A stretch of 64,000 nucleotides of DNA from an uncultured Clostridium sp. (GTDB lineage: Bacteria > Bacillota > Clostridia > Clostridiales > Clostridiaceae). The stretch's first letter is position 1; each line of letters opens with the position of its first letter. The translations under genes and the position numbers were made by a program. The stretch is from assembly GCF_947039605.1 (NCBI RefSeq), contig NZ_CAMQZG010000012.1:9771-73770 (forward strand), written 5' to 3'. The notes under the pieces are model-generated. The model did no database searches. It was not told the DNA's origin and saw only the letters and a list, made by a program, of their open reading frames with translations. Shown here one piece after another: positions 37,513-47,088 of the stretch.

Positions 37513-38677
37513 AGCAATTAAAGTAAAACTATATCCTACTAAAAAACAAGAAGAGTTAATGTGGAAAAGTGCTGGTGTAGCTAGGTTTTCTTATAATTGG
37601 GGACTAAATTATTTAAATAACTATTATGAAGAAAATAAAAAATCTCTATCAATAGGAAATTTAAGAAAAGTCTTTACAGAGATTAGAAAATCAGAAGAAT
37701 ACAAGTGGTTGAAAGAAGTTTCTTCGGAGATACCACAACAAGCACTTAAAGATTTAGGAGATTCGTTTCAACGATTTTTCAAAAAAGAATCTGACTATCC
37801 TAAATTTAAAAGAAAAGGCAAATGTCAAACCTCATTCTTTCACCTAAACAATAAATTTGTTGTTGAGGATAACTATATCAGGTTAGAAAAGATAGGTTAT
37901 GTAAAAATGAAAGATGAAGATAGACTACCAGTTGGAAACTATAAAAAAGATGAAATTAAAGTCTTAAATCCTAGAATAAAACATAACGGAAAGTTTTGGT
38001 ATTTAGCACTTGCTTTTGAGTGTGAAGATAATACAAAGGAAGAACTAACAGGCGAAAGTGTAGGAGTAGATTTAGGCATTAAGAATTTAGCAATAGTTTC
38101 TAATTTTGAAAAAACTTTTAAAAACATTAACAAATCTAAAGAAATGAGAAGATTAAATAAGAAACTTAAAAGACTATAAAGACAAGTTTCAAGAAAATAT
38201 GATATGTTGAAGGATGGCAAAGTTTTTGAAAAAGGTCAAAAACTTATTAAAACTCAAAATATCATAAAACTTGAAAAAGAAATTAAACTTGTTCATAAAA
38301 AAATTGCAGATATTAGATTAAATCATATACATCAAAGCACAAATGCTATCGTGAAAACCAAGCCTAGCAGAGTTGTTGTAGAAGATTTAAATGTTAAGGG
38401 TATGATGAAAAATAAATACTTAGCTAAAGCAATTTCAGAGCAATGTTTCAATAAGTTTATAACTATTCTTAGTCATAAATGTAAGTGGAAAGGTATTGAG
38501 TTTGTAAAAGCAGATAGATTCTTTCCAAGCAGTAAAATGTGTTCTTGTTGTGGAACTATAAAAAAAGACTTGCAACTAAAAGATAGGACTTATATATGTA
38601 TAAATGATAAGTGTAATCTTATAATGGATAGAGATAAAAATGCAAGTTTTAACTTAGCAATGTATAAATTAGCTTAA
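37505..38677 (+). pseudogene. tnpB: TnpB (IS1341/OrfB-type RNA-guided nuclease) with a single in-frame TAA at 38177-38179
   Basis: ORFs 37505..38179 and 38204..38677 are in the same frame, separated only by one stop (..LKRL*RQVSRK..). RuvC D (VGVDLGIKNLA), E (VVVEDLNVKGM), zinc finger (CSCCG...CINDKC) and D (MDRDKNASFNLA) are all present. Confidence 0.85.
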
Positions 38678-38841
38678 AAAATCAAATTAAAAGATTAAGC
38701 TAATATGTAGGCAATGACGAGGTCGAATTTAAGCCTTTGGAGAATTATATCAAATAGAAGTAGCTTTAGAGTGAAACTAGATTCAATGAAAAAGGAAATA
38801 GAACTATAAAAATTATAAAGCATTTATAAGGAATTATAGAG

Positions 38842-39464
38842 TTTATACGTCAGAAAGTATTATAAAAAGTAGAGGTGGAGAGTGTCTTTTGGTTAGAGGA
38901 GATATTACAGAAGAGGATATGTGTAAAGAAGTAGTGAATCAATGTGTGGAGAGGTTTGGGACAGTTGATATTCTTATAAATAATGCAGCAGTTCAGTATC
39001 CACAATATGATATTTGTGATATTACAAAGGAGCAACTTTTAAAAACTTTTAAAACTAATATTTTTTCTGCATTTTATCTTTCAAAAGCAGTTATTCCATA
39101 TATGAAACTTGGGTCTTCTATAATTAATACAACTTCTATAGTTGCGTATAGAGGGAATGAAAAACTTATAGATTATTCATCTACAAAAGGAGCTTTGACT
39201 AGTTTTACAAGGTCACTTGCACTTAATTTAGCTGATAAAGGAATTAGAGTTAATGCAGTTGCCCCAGGACCAGTTTGGACACCTCTTATAGTTTCATCAT
39301 TTAGTGCACAGGATGTTAAAAAGTTTGCAGAGAATAGAGAGTTCTTTAGAGTTGCACAACCAGTTGAAATTGTAGAACCTTATGTCTTTTTAGCTAGTCA
39401 AGCAGGTTCATATACTACAGGGACTACTATTCATGTAGATGGAGGTAAAATTGCTAATACATAA
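38842..39464 (+). CDS. YdaD/YhdF-type SDR, 3' exon
   Basis: The frame is open back to 38802. Sequence reads ...YTSESIIKSRGGECLLVRGDITEED...ILINNAA...YSSTKGA...HVDGG, which is the contiguous continuation of the 36118 fragment. Confidence 0.75.
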
Positions 39465-39473
39465 ACATAAAAG

Positions 39474-39502
39474 ATACTAGATTTCAATTCTAGTATTTTT
39501 TG
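39474..39502 (+). terminator. Rho-independent terminator of the SDR gene
   Basis: ATACTAGA-TTTCAAT-TCTAGTAT followed by T5. Confidence 0.7.
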
Positions 39503-39844
39503 CTTTTTTAAAGAAAAATTAAATTAATGAATTTAGAGAATTTTTTTTGATAAAATATAAAAAATATAATTCATTAATTGCTATTTTATTGAAATTAAAT
39601 GGCAAAAAAAAGAAATATAGAAATCTAATTAGAAAATGAGTTTCTAATTTATAATATTAATAAGTTATATATGCTAATGTGTTATATTCACTCAATTTCA
39701 ATATTTTGATAAGAATAGTATAATTTAGTGTGACTTAGCATTTAGCAAAGTTTTTCAAGGTTATTAAATTAACTTCGATAGTAAAATTTTCACAAGTTTT
39801 TATTGGAGGCAAGCAGTTAATTAGGTTCAAAAATTTAATTAATT

Positions 39845-40423
39845 AAAGCTGTAAGTCTCCCGTGTTCGTAAAGAGCATTGAGTTGTAAGTATTTTGTACT
39901 TACACAAAATCCTTTGAATTGCTGGGAACTCTTAAAGCTAGCTAAACTAAAACATAAGGTTGAAATATATCTAGGTGTGAATGTTACGAAAGTAAAAAAA
40001 ATTAGCTGGATAGCATATGGTTAAATCCTAAGTGCTAGTCCAAAGTAGTAATATCTGTACTACTTAAATTACTTAATAGGTTAAGTAAGGAAAATAGACA
40101 ATCAGCAGGTAAGCCTCGAATAGAGGAAACTTCAACGACTATGGCGTAATGCCAGTACACTATAAGTTATTGATAGTGGAAGTGGAGGACACCTAACTAC
40201 TTTTATAGTAGCAGGTGGTAAGATAGTCTACGCTTATGTGAAAACATAAGAAGTTCATAAGAGAACTGCATAGAAGTAGCGATTCTATGTGAATGAAATG
40301 TCTATGAAAATGACCTAGGTTCATTGATAAATTTAAAACTGAATAATTAAATTTTAGAACAGAAGGCTGTTTTTATATGCAGACATTTCCTCTGTTATTT
40401 TATAGACTCAATTTATGTTTATA
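39845..40423 (+). ncRNA. ORF-less group I ribozyme paralogue (mini-IStron-like) in the mgtA 5' leader
   Basis: Identical blocks are shared with the IStron core: 20/20 nt at 40015-40034, and 17/17 nt at 40126-40142 including the P7 GACTAT strand. P7 3' strand ATAGTC lies at 40223-40228. Three helices are kept by compensatory substitutions. There is no ORF. The ends are approximate. Confidence 0.65.
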
Positions 40424-40463
40424 AAGTGACCAAACCAAAAAAAATGATTGGAGAGGATCGCAT

Positions 40464-43115
40464 ATGAAAAAAGATAAAGCTAAAAAACAGTTTGATAGAG
40501 AGGGTTTTGATAGAGTTGTAAAACATCTACAAAGAAACACTAATTTATCTAAAGAAGAACTATGTGAAAAGTTCACTACATCAGAGAATGGTTTAAAGCC
40601 AGAACAAGTTTCTAAAAATGCTAGTCAGTACGGAAAGAATAATACAAAAGAAGAGAAGAAAGTTCCAGTAGTGGTACAACTCTTTAAATCTTTTGCGAAT
40701 GCGTTTGTATTAGTCCTTTTAATTATAGGAATTATTACATATCTAACTAATGTTGTATTTGTGCCAAAAGCTCAAGAAAGTTGGTCACAGGTAATAATTA
40801 TAGGAATTCTTATATTCACAAGTGGGATTATTTCATTTGTTCAGGAATATAAGTCAGAAAAAGCAGCAGACTCACTTAAAAAACTTATTACTACTACTTG
40901 TAATATTAAAAGAAATAATGGTGAATATGAAAAAGTAGATATGCTTAATATAGTTGTAGGGGATATTATAAAACTTACAACAGGAGATATTATTCCAGCA
41001 GATTTAAGAGTTATAAATTGTAAAAACTTTTTTGTAAGTCAGTCAGCTTTAACAGGAGAATCTGAGCCAATTGAAAAGAAAGTTGAGAATAATATAGTAG
41101 GTAAAGAGGCTGGAAATTATGAAAACATTTGTCTGTTAGGTACAAATGTTGTTAGTGGTACTGCTACTGCAATAGTTATTGGAGTTGGAGAACACACATA
41201 TTTTGGAGCTATGCAAAGCTCAATGGCAGATATTGATGAGGAAACAAGCTTTGAGAAAAGTGTTAAAAAAGTTTCATCTATGCTTTTAAAGTTTATGCTT
41301 ATTATGGTACCTTTAGTTTTTATTATTGATTGGTATCAAACAAAAAGTTTCTTGAATTCATTAGTGTTTGCAGCCTCTGTAGCAGTTGGATTAACACCTA
41401 TAATGCTTCCAACTATAGTTTCAGAAAACCTTGCAAAAGGTGCAATTAAAATGTCTAAGAAGAAAACTGTTGTTAAAAAAATAAGTGCTATCCAAAACTT
41501 TGGTTCAATGGAAATTCTTTGTACTGATAAAACAGGAACACTTACAGATGATAAAATAGCAGTTGAAGCACATATTAATATAAATGGTGAAACATGTGAT
41601 AATGTCCTAAAGTACGGATTTATAAATAGTTCACTTCAAAGTGGACTTCAGAATGTTATAGATTTTGCTATTATGGACCTTGCTAAAGAAAAAAACTTTG
41701 ATAAAGAGTTACAAGGTAAAGTTAATAAAGTAGATGAAATAGCATTTGATTTTACAAGAAGAAGAATGTCAGTTGTAATAAAAGATGAGTTTACAGATAA
41801 AGCAAAAATTATTACAAAAGGTGCATTAGAGGAGATGCTTTCAGTATCTAAATATGTTGAGGTTGATGGTCAAATTCTTGAGATTAATGATAAGATTTTA
41901 TCAAAAATTAGAAAAGAGGCCAGAGCGCTTAATAATGAAGGTATGAGAGTTATTGGTGTTTCTATTAAGAATGACCAAGACCCTGAAAAAAGATTTGCAC
42001 CGGTAGATGAGAGCGACATGATTTTAGTTGGATTCATAGGATTTTTAGATCCACCAAAAGAGAGCACACAAGAGGCTTTGAAAGCTCTTGCATATTATGG
42101 GGTTGATGTAAAAATCTTAACAGGAGACAATGAACTTGTTACAAGAAAAGTTTGTGAGCAGTTAAATTTTGAAATAACTAATATTGTTCTTGGTCCAGAA
42201 ATGGAAGAAATGGATGATGATAAATTATTTAGAGTTGCTATGAAAACAAACATATTTGCAAAACTTAATCCACTTCAAAAAGCTAGACTTGTTAGAGTTT
42301 TAAGAAACGGTGATAAGATAGTTGGGTTCATGGGTGATGGAATAAATGATTCAATCGCTTTAAAAGAAGCAGATGTTGGAATTTCAGTTGATACAGCAGT
42401 TGATATTGCGAAAGATGCTGCCGATGTAATACTTTTAGAGAAGGATTTAATGGTTCTTAAAGAAGGTATTATTGAGGGAAGAAAAGTTTTTGCAAACACT
42501 ACTAAATATCTTAAAATTACAGCTAGTTCAAATTACGGAAATGCTATAAGTGTTCTTATGGCTAGTATTTTCCTACCATTTGTACCTATGCTTCCTATTG
42601 AGCTTTTAATTCAGAACTTGGTTTATGATATCACACAAGTATTTTTACCTTGGGATAATGTAGACGAGGAGCTTATTGCAAGACCAAGAAAGTGGGATGC
42701 TAAGGATATTGGTAAGATGATGGTTGTATTTGGACCTACAAATTCAATATTTGATATTTGTACTTTTGCACTTATGTGGTTTGGATTTGGATGTACTACT
42801 ATTGCTTCAGCAGCAACTTTCCAAACTGGATGGTTTATAGAAGGATTTACAACTCAGGTTCTAGTTCTTTATATGCTTAGAACAGAGAAAATTCCATTCC
42901 TTCAAAGTAATGCATCATGGCAGCTTAATATTTCAATTGTAGTTTCACTTCTTATTGGATGGTTCTTACCATACACAAGTTTTGGACATACAATCGGAAT
43001 GGTTAAACTTACACCATACTTCTTTATATTTATAGTATTTGTAATAATAGCTTACTTCTTCTTAACACAAGGAGCTAAGAAACTTTATCTTAAAAGATTT
43101 GGAACAATATTATAA
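40464..43115 (+). CDS. mgtA: Magnesium-translocating P-type ATPase
   Basis: 883 aa with the CTDKTGTLT phosphorylation site, the GDGINDS hinge, and overall MgtA/MgtB-type architecture. Confidence 0.9.
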   Translation: MKKDKAKKQFDREGFDRVVKHLQRNTNLSKEELCEKFTTSENGLKPEQVSKNASQYGKNNTKEEKKVPVVVQLFKSFANAFVLVLLIIGIITYLTNVVFVPKAQESWSQVIIIGILIFTSGIISFVQEYKSEKAADSLKKLITTTCNIKRNNGEYEKVDMLNIVVGDIIKLTTGDIIPADLRVINCKNFFVSQSALTGESEPIEKKVENNIVGKEAGNYENICLLGTNVVSGTATAIVIGVGEHTYFGAMQSSMADIDEETSFEKSVKKVSSMLLKFMLIMVPLVFIIDWYQTKSFLNSLVFAASVAVGLTPIMLPTIVSENLAKGAIKMSKKKTVVKKISAIQNFGSMEILCTDKTGTLTDDKIAVEAHININGETCDNVLKYGFINSSLQSGLQNVIDFAIMDLAKEKNFDKELQGKVNKVDEIAFDFTRRRMSVVIKDEFTDKAKIITKGALEEMLSVSKYVEVDGQILEINDKILSKIRKEARALNNEGMRVIGVSIKNDQDPEKRFAPVDESDMILVGFIGFLDPPKESTQEALKALAYYGVDVKILTGDNELVTRKVCEQLNFEITNIVLGPEMEEMDDDKLFRVAMKTNIFAKLNPLQKARLVRVLRNGDKIVGFMGDGINDSIALKEADVGISVDTAVDIAKDAADVILLEKDLMVLKEGIIEGRKVFANTTKYLKITASSNYGNAISVLMASIFLPFVPMLPIELLIQNLVYDITQVFLPWDNVDEELIARPRKWDAKDIGKMMVVFGPTNSIFDICTFALMWFGFGCTTIASAATFQTGWFIEGFTTQVLVLYMLRTEKIPFLQSNASWQLNISIVVSLLIGWFLPYTSFGHTIGMVKLTPYFFIFIVFVIIAYFFLTQGAKKLYLKRFGTIL

Positions 43116-43137
43116 GAAAGTTTATGAGGTGATAACT

Positions 43138-43227
43138 ATGAGTGCATTAACAATATTAGGATTTATAGTTGCAGCAATAGCGTATATTATTTTACCAGCT
43201 GTGATTTTAATAAAAAAAGATTTATAA
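43138..43227 (+). CDS. Hypothetical 29-aa hydrophobic peptide downstream of mgtA
   Basis: MSALTILGFIVAAIAYIILPAVILIKKDL, a single TM helix. RBS GAGGTGA lies 6 nt upstream. The ORF sits 22 nt after the mgtA stop and upstream of the shared terminator. Confidence 0.4.
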   Translation: MSALTILGFIVAAIAYIILPAVILIKKDL

Positions 43228-43235
43228 AAAATAAA

Positions 43236-43279
43236 AACCTGTGGACAACTTTTCATAAAAGTTATCCACAGGTTTTTTA
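43236..43279. terminator. Bidirectional terminator; copy 2 of the DnaA-box palindrome
   Basis: AACCTGTGGACAACTTTT-CAT-AAAAGTTATCCACAGGTT followed by T6. Confidence 0.8.
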
Positions 43280-43300
43280 TTTATAACTCAGAATTAAATA

Positions 43301-44110
43301 TTATAATCCTAAAACTAATTTTTCTATTGCTTTTGCAACTCCATCATTATCGTTTGTATCTGTGATGTACTGTGAAGCAGCTTTAATTTCAGGTACTGCA
43401 TTACCCATAGCAACTCCCATTCCTGCATATTCAATCATTGGGAAGTCATTCATTGCATCTCCAATAGTTATAACCTCTTCTTTTGTAATTCCAAGGTGCT
43501 TTACAAGTCTATCAAGTGCGAGTCCTTTGTTTGATTCTTTGTTGAAGAATTCAAGGAAGAAAGGTGTGCTTTTAGCTACACTATATTTATCCCAAAGTTC
43601 TTTTGGAAGTTTAGCCATTGCAGCATCTAAAACTTCTGGCTCATCAATCATCATAACTTTAACTATTGTTTCTTCTGGATTTATATTATCATGAGAAACA
43701 ATATTTATATCTATATCATTTATATCAGCTTCAACTTGTGTGTATTTACTATGTTTAGGTGTTATAAGTCCTCTATCTTTTGAGAAACTATGTATGTTAA
43801 CTCCTACTTCTTTACTATGAGCTAAAAGGTCTATAAGGTCTGAACCTTTTAAAGTAATATCTGAGATTACTTCTTTTGTAGCTACATTTTGCACAAGACA
43901 TCCATTATAACTTAAAGCATAATCATTTTTTGTAATAAGTTCTAATTGGTCTAGTGATTTTAAAAGTCCTTCAAGTGGTCTACCAGATGCTAAAACTACA
44001 TAAACACCTTTTTCTCTTGCTGCTTTTATTGCATCTTTAGTTCTTTGTGTGATTTCCTTCTTACTATTTAAAAGAGTTCCATCCATATCTATTGCTATTA
44101 ATTTATACAT
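43301..44110 (-). CDS. Cof-type HAD-IIB family hydrolase
   Basis: MYKLIAIDMDGTLL (DxD motif) and GDAMNDFPM. The start is taken at ATG 44110. Confidence 0.88.
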   Translation of the reverse strand: MYKLIAIDMDGTLLNSKKEITQRTKDAIKAAREKGVYVVLASGRPLEGLLKSLDQLELITKNDYALSYNGCLVQNVATKEVISDITLKGSDLIDLLAHSKEVGVNIHSFSKDRGLITPKHSKYTQVEADINDIDINIVSHDNINPEETIVKVMMIDEPEVLDAAMAKLPKELWDKYSVAKSTPFFLEFFNKESNKGLALDRLVKHLGITKEEVITIGDAMNDFPMIEYAGMGVAMGNAVPEIKAASQYITDTNDNDGVAKAIEKLVLGL

Positions 44111-44316
44111 ATTAACCCCCAAGTTTTTTTATTTCAGTATATAATTTATCTTCTATAAATAGCTTATATTAATACTAAAAATTTATCAAGGCACTAAAAG
44201 GTAACTAATGATTATGAAATTTATACTTTCTAAAGTATGATTATATAGATAGAAGAAATACATATAGGGTATAATAAATATTAATAAAATACAGATAAGA
44301 AGGGGCGAATAGAGTA

Positions 44317-45129
44317 ATGGCAGTAAGCATAAAAGATGCAAAAAGAATAGTTGTAAAGGTTGGGACATCAAGCCTTACACATAAGAATGGAAATATAAAT
44401 CTTGGGAGCATAGAAAAATTTGCAAGAGTTTTATCTGACCTTCAGAATATGGGGAAAGAAATGATACTTGTTTCTTCAGGGGCAGTTGGAGTTGGAATTA
44501 GTAGAATGGGTCTTAAAGAAAAGCCTACTACTACTAAAGGAAAGCAAGCAGCAGCTGCTGTTGGTCAATGTCACCTTATGAATATATATAGTAAGTTTTT
44601 TGCAGAGTATGGGCATTTAGTTGCACAAGTTCTTTTAACTAGAGATGTTATAGAAGATGAAAGAATGAGAGATAATGTTTGTAATACATTTGATACATTG
44701 CTTGAACAAGGAATAATTCCGATAGTAAATGAGAATGATACGGTTTCTATAGATGAGATAGAGAATATATGTAATTTTGGAGATAATGATAATTTATCAG
44801 CGATAGTTTCACTTTTAACTAGTGCTGATTTACTTGTTATATTATCTGATATAGATGGTTTTTATAATGGGGACCCAAGAAAAGATAAGAATGCAAAGCT
44901 TATAAATGAGATAGAGGAAATAACTGATGAGGTTAGAGGCTGTGCAGGAGATGCTGGTTCATCACTTGGAACTGGTGGAATGAGAACTAAAATTTCAGCA
45001 GCTGAAAAAGTAGTTAATAAAGGTATTAGTATGGTGCTTGCAAATGGTGAGAATCCTGCAATACTTAGAGATATTTTAATTGAAGATAGAAAAGTAGGAA
45101 CATTATTTATTGGTAGAAAGGAGAATTAA
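44317..45129 (+). CDS. proB: Glutamate 5-kinase (short form, no PUA domain)
   Basis: IVVKVGTSSLT, VSSGAVG and TGGMRTK motifs. Confidence 0.9.
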   Translation: MAVSIKDAKRIVVKVGTSSLTHKNGNINLGSIEKFARVLSDLQNMGKEMILVSSGAVGVGISRMGLKEKPTTTKGKQAAAAVGQCHLMNIYSKFFAEYGHLVAQVLLTRDVIEDERMRDNVCNTFDTLLEQGIIPIVNENDTVSIDEIENICNFGDNDNLSAIVSLLTSADLLVILSDIDGFYNGDPRKDKNAKLINEIEEITDEVRGCAGDAGSSLGTGGMRTKISAAEKVVNKGISMVLANGENPAILRDILIEDRKVGTLFIGRKEN

Positions 45130-45130
45130 T

Positions 45131-46375
45131 ATGAGTGAATTAATAGTTAAAGGTAAACTTGCAAAAGAAGCAGCTTATGAACTTGGAATAACAGCAACAG
45201 CTAAAAAGAATGAGGCACTTTTAAATATAGCAGATAAGCTTTGTGAGAGATGTGATGAAATTCTTGTAGAGAATGAAAAAGATGTTAAGGTTGCAAGGGA
45301 AAAAGGAACTAAAGAATCTTTAGTTGATAGACTTGAACTTTCTAAAGAGAGAGTCGAGGCAATGGCAGAGGGTGTTAGACATATAGTAAAACTTGATGAT
45401 CCAATCGGGGAAGTTACTTCTATGAAAAAGATGATGAATGAGCTTAAAATTGGAGTTCAAAGAGTTCCACTTGGAGTTGTAGGAATAATATATGAATCAA
45501 GACCAAATGTAACTGCTGATGCAGCGGCACTTTGCTTGAAAACTGGTAATGCAGTACTTTTAAGAGGTGGAAAAGAAGCTATAAATTCAAACTTGAAAAT
45601 AGTTGAGATTATAAAAGATGCAGTTAAAGAAGTTGGACTTTTAGAGGGAACAGTTCAAATTTTAGAAGATACTTCAAGAGAAACAGCGAGTGAGTTTATG
45701 AAACTTAATGATTATCTTGATGTCTTAATTCCAAGAGGTGGTGCTGGGCTTATAAAAGCAGTAGTTCAAAATGCTACAGTGCCAGTTATTGAAACTGGTA
45801 CTGGAAATTGTCATATATATGTTGATGCAGAGTGTGATATGCAGATGGCAAAGAATATAATTATAAATGCTAAAACTTCAAGACCAGGAGTTTGTAATGC
45901 AGCAGAATCAATGCTTGTGCATAAAGATGTAGCAGAAAAATTCCTTCCAATAGCTTTAAAAGAGTTAATGGATAAAGGTGTTGAAATTAGAGGGTGTGCA
46001 AGAACTAAAGCAATAGTAGAGAATATAGTTGATGCAACAGAAGTAGATTTTAATACAGAATTTTTAGATTTTATACTTTCAGTAAAAGTTGTTGATAGTT
46101 TAGACGATGCTATAGCACATATAAATAAATTTGGAACAGGACATTCAGAAGCAATAGTCACAACTAACTATTTTAACTCAGAAAAGTTCCTTCAAAGAGT
46201 TGATGCAGCAGCAGTTTATGTTAATGCTTCAACAAGGTTTACAGATGGTAGCGAGTTTGGTTTTGGTGCAGAGATAGGAATAAGTACACAAAAGCTTCAT
46301 GCAAGAGGTCCTATGGGGCTTAAAGAGCTTACAACAAGTAAGTATATTATTTATGGAAATGGACAAATTAGATAA
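45131..46375 (+). CDS. proA: Glutamate-5-semialdehyde dehydrogenase
   Basis: IYESRPNVT, CNAAESMLVH (catalytic Cys) and GHSEAIVT. The start is taken at ATG 45131 (RBS AAGGAGA). Confidence 0.92.
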   Translation: MSELIVKGKLAKEAAYELGITATAKKNEALLNIADKLCERCDEILVENEKDVKVAREKGTKESLVDRLELSKERVEAMAEGVRHIVKLDDPIGEVTSMKKMMNELKIGVQRVPLGVVGIIYESRPNVTADAAALCLKTGNAVLLRGGKEAINSNLKIVEIIKDAVKEVGLLEGTVQILEDTSRETASEFMKLNDYLDVLIPRGGAGLIKAVVQNATVPVIETGTGNCHIYVDAECDMQMAKNIIINAKTSRPGVCNAAESMLVHKDVAEKFLPIALKELMDKGVEIRGCARTKAIVENIVDATEVDFNTEFLDFILSVKVVDSLDDAIAHINKFGTGHSEAIVTTNYFNSEKFLQRVDAAAVYVNASTRFTDGSEFGFGAEIGISTQKLHARGPMGLKELTTSKYIIYGNGQIR

Positions 46376-46388
46376 TTAAAATAAAAAA

Positions 46389-46427
46389 ATCTACCTAACC
46401 TTAGAAGAGGATAGGTAGATTTTTTTA
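46389..46427. terminator. Bidirectional terminator
   Basis: ATCTACCTA...TAGGTAGAT flanked by A7 and T7. Confidence 0.75.
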
Positions 46428-47003
46428 TGTAAAAGCTTTTCTTGGGCATATTATTTTGAATAATATAATTCCTACAATAAAACCAAAGCTATTTAATACA
46501 ATATCTCCAATATCAAATATACCAAGAGAGAATATATACTGAGCTATTTCGCATAGAGTAATTATAATGATTCCTGAAATAATTCCTATGCTATATTTTG
46601 CTCTTTTAAATATATAAGCAAGTGGTAAGAATAATATTGCATTCATAAGTGCAATAAGAATATTAGTGCTATTAGCAGTCCATTGATAGTAGTCTGTAAC
46701 TAAATTAAATTCATAGCCCTGTACACCTTTTTGTCTTACAAATAGAACAAAAACAAGTGTTATTAAATAAAGTACACCTATAGCAAAAATACTAATTTTA
46801 TTAATTTTTCTATTTAATATAGAAAATAAAATTATAAAGGTTAAGATGGCTTGGACAATATTAAATCCTAGATACACCCAAATTAAATAATCTTGATTAA
46901 AGTACATAAGGTCAATTAATTTTATAGTCATAAATCTATATATCACAAAAGATAGGACTATTGATATAAGCGCTGTTATAAGTATAGTAACTGGCTTCTT
47001 CAT
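46425..47003 (-). CDS. VanZ-like family membrane protein
   Basis: About 192 aa with 5-6 TM helices and C-terminal DIGDIVLNSFG, typical of VanZ. The start is taken at ATG 47003 (RBS GGAGGT). Confidence 0.55.
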   Translation of the reverse strand: MKKPVTILITALISIVLSFVIYRFMTIKLIDLMYFNQDYLIWVYLGFNIVQAILTFIILFSILNRKINKISIFAIGVLYLITLVFVLFVRQKGVQGYEFNLVTDYYQWTANSTNILIALMNAILFLPLAYIFKRAKYSIGIISGIIIITLCEIAQYIFSLGIFDIGDIVLNSFGFIVGIILFKIICPRKAFT

Positions 47004-47088
47004 TTGTTTACCTCCGAAGTTTAAAATAACTTCTACATTATACAATAAAAAACAGTCGTATAAAAATTATACGACTGCTTAAAATTAT

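Noticed and set aside
39465-40463. An M-box (ykoK) Mg2+ riboswitch would be expected upstream of mgtA.
   Set aside because: I could not find the conserved M-box core (for example the GTTAGGTGAGGC-like segment). The region is instead occupied by the group I-like element. This needs cmscan to be definitive.
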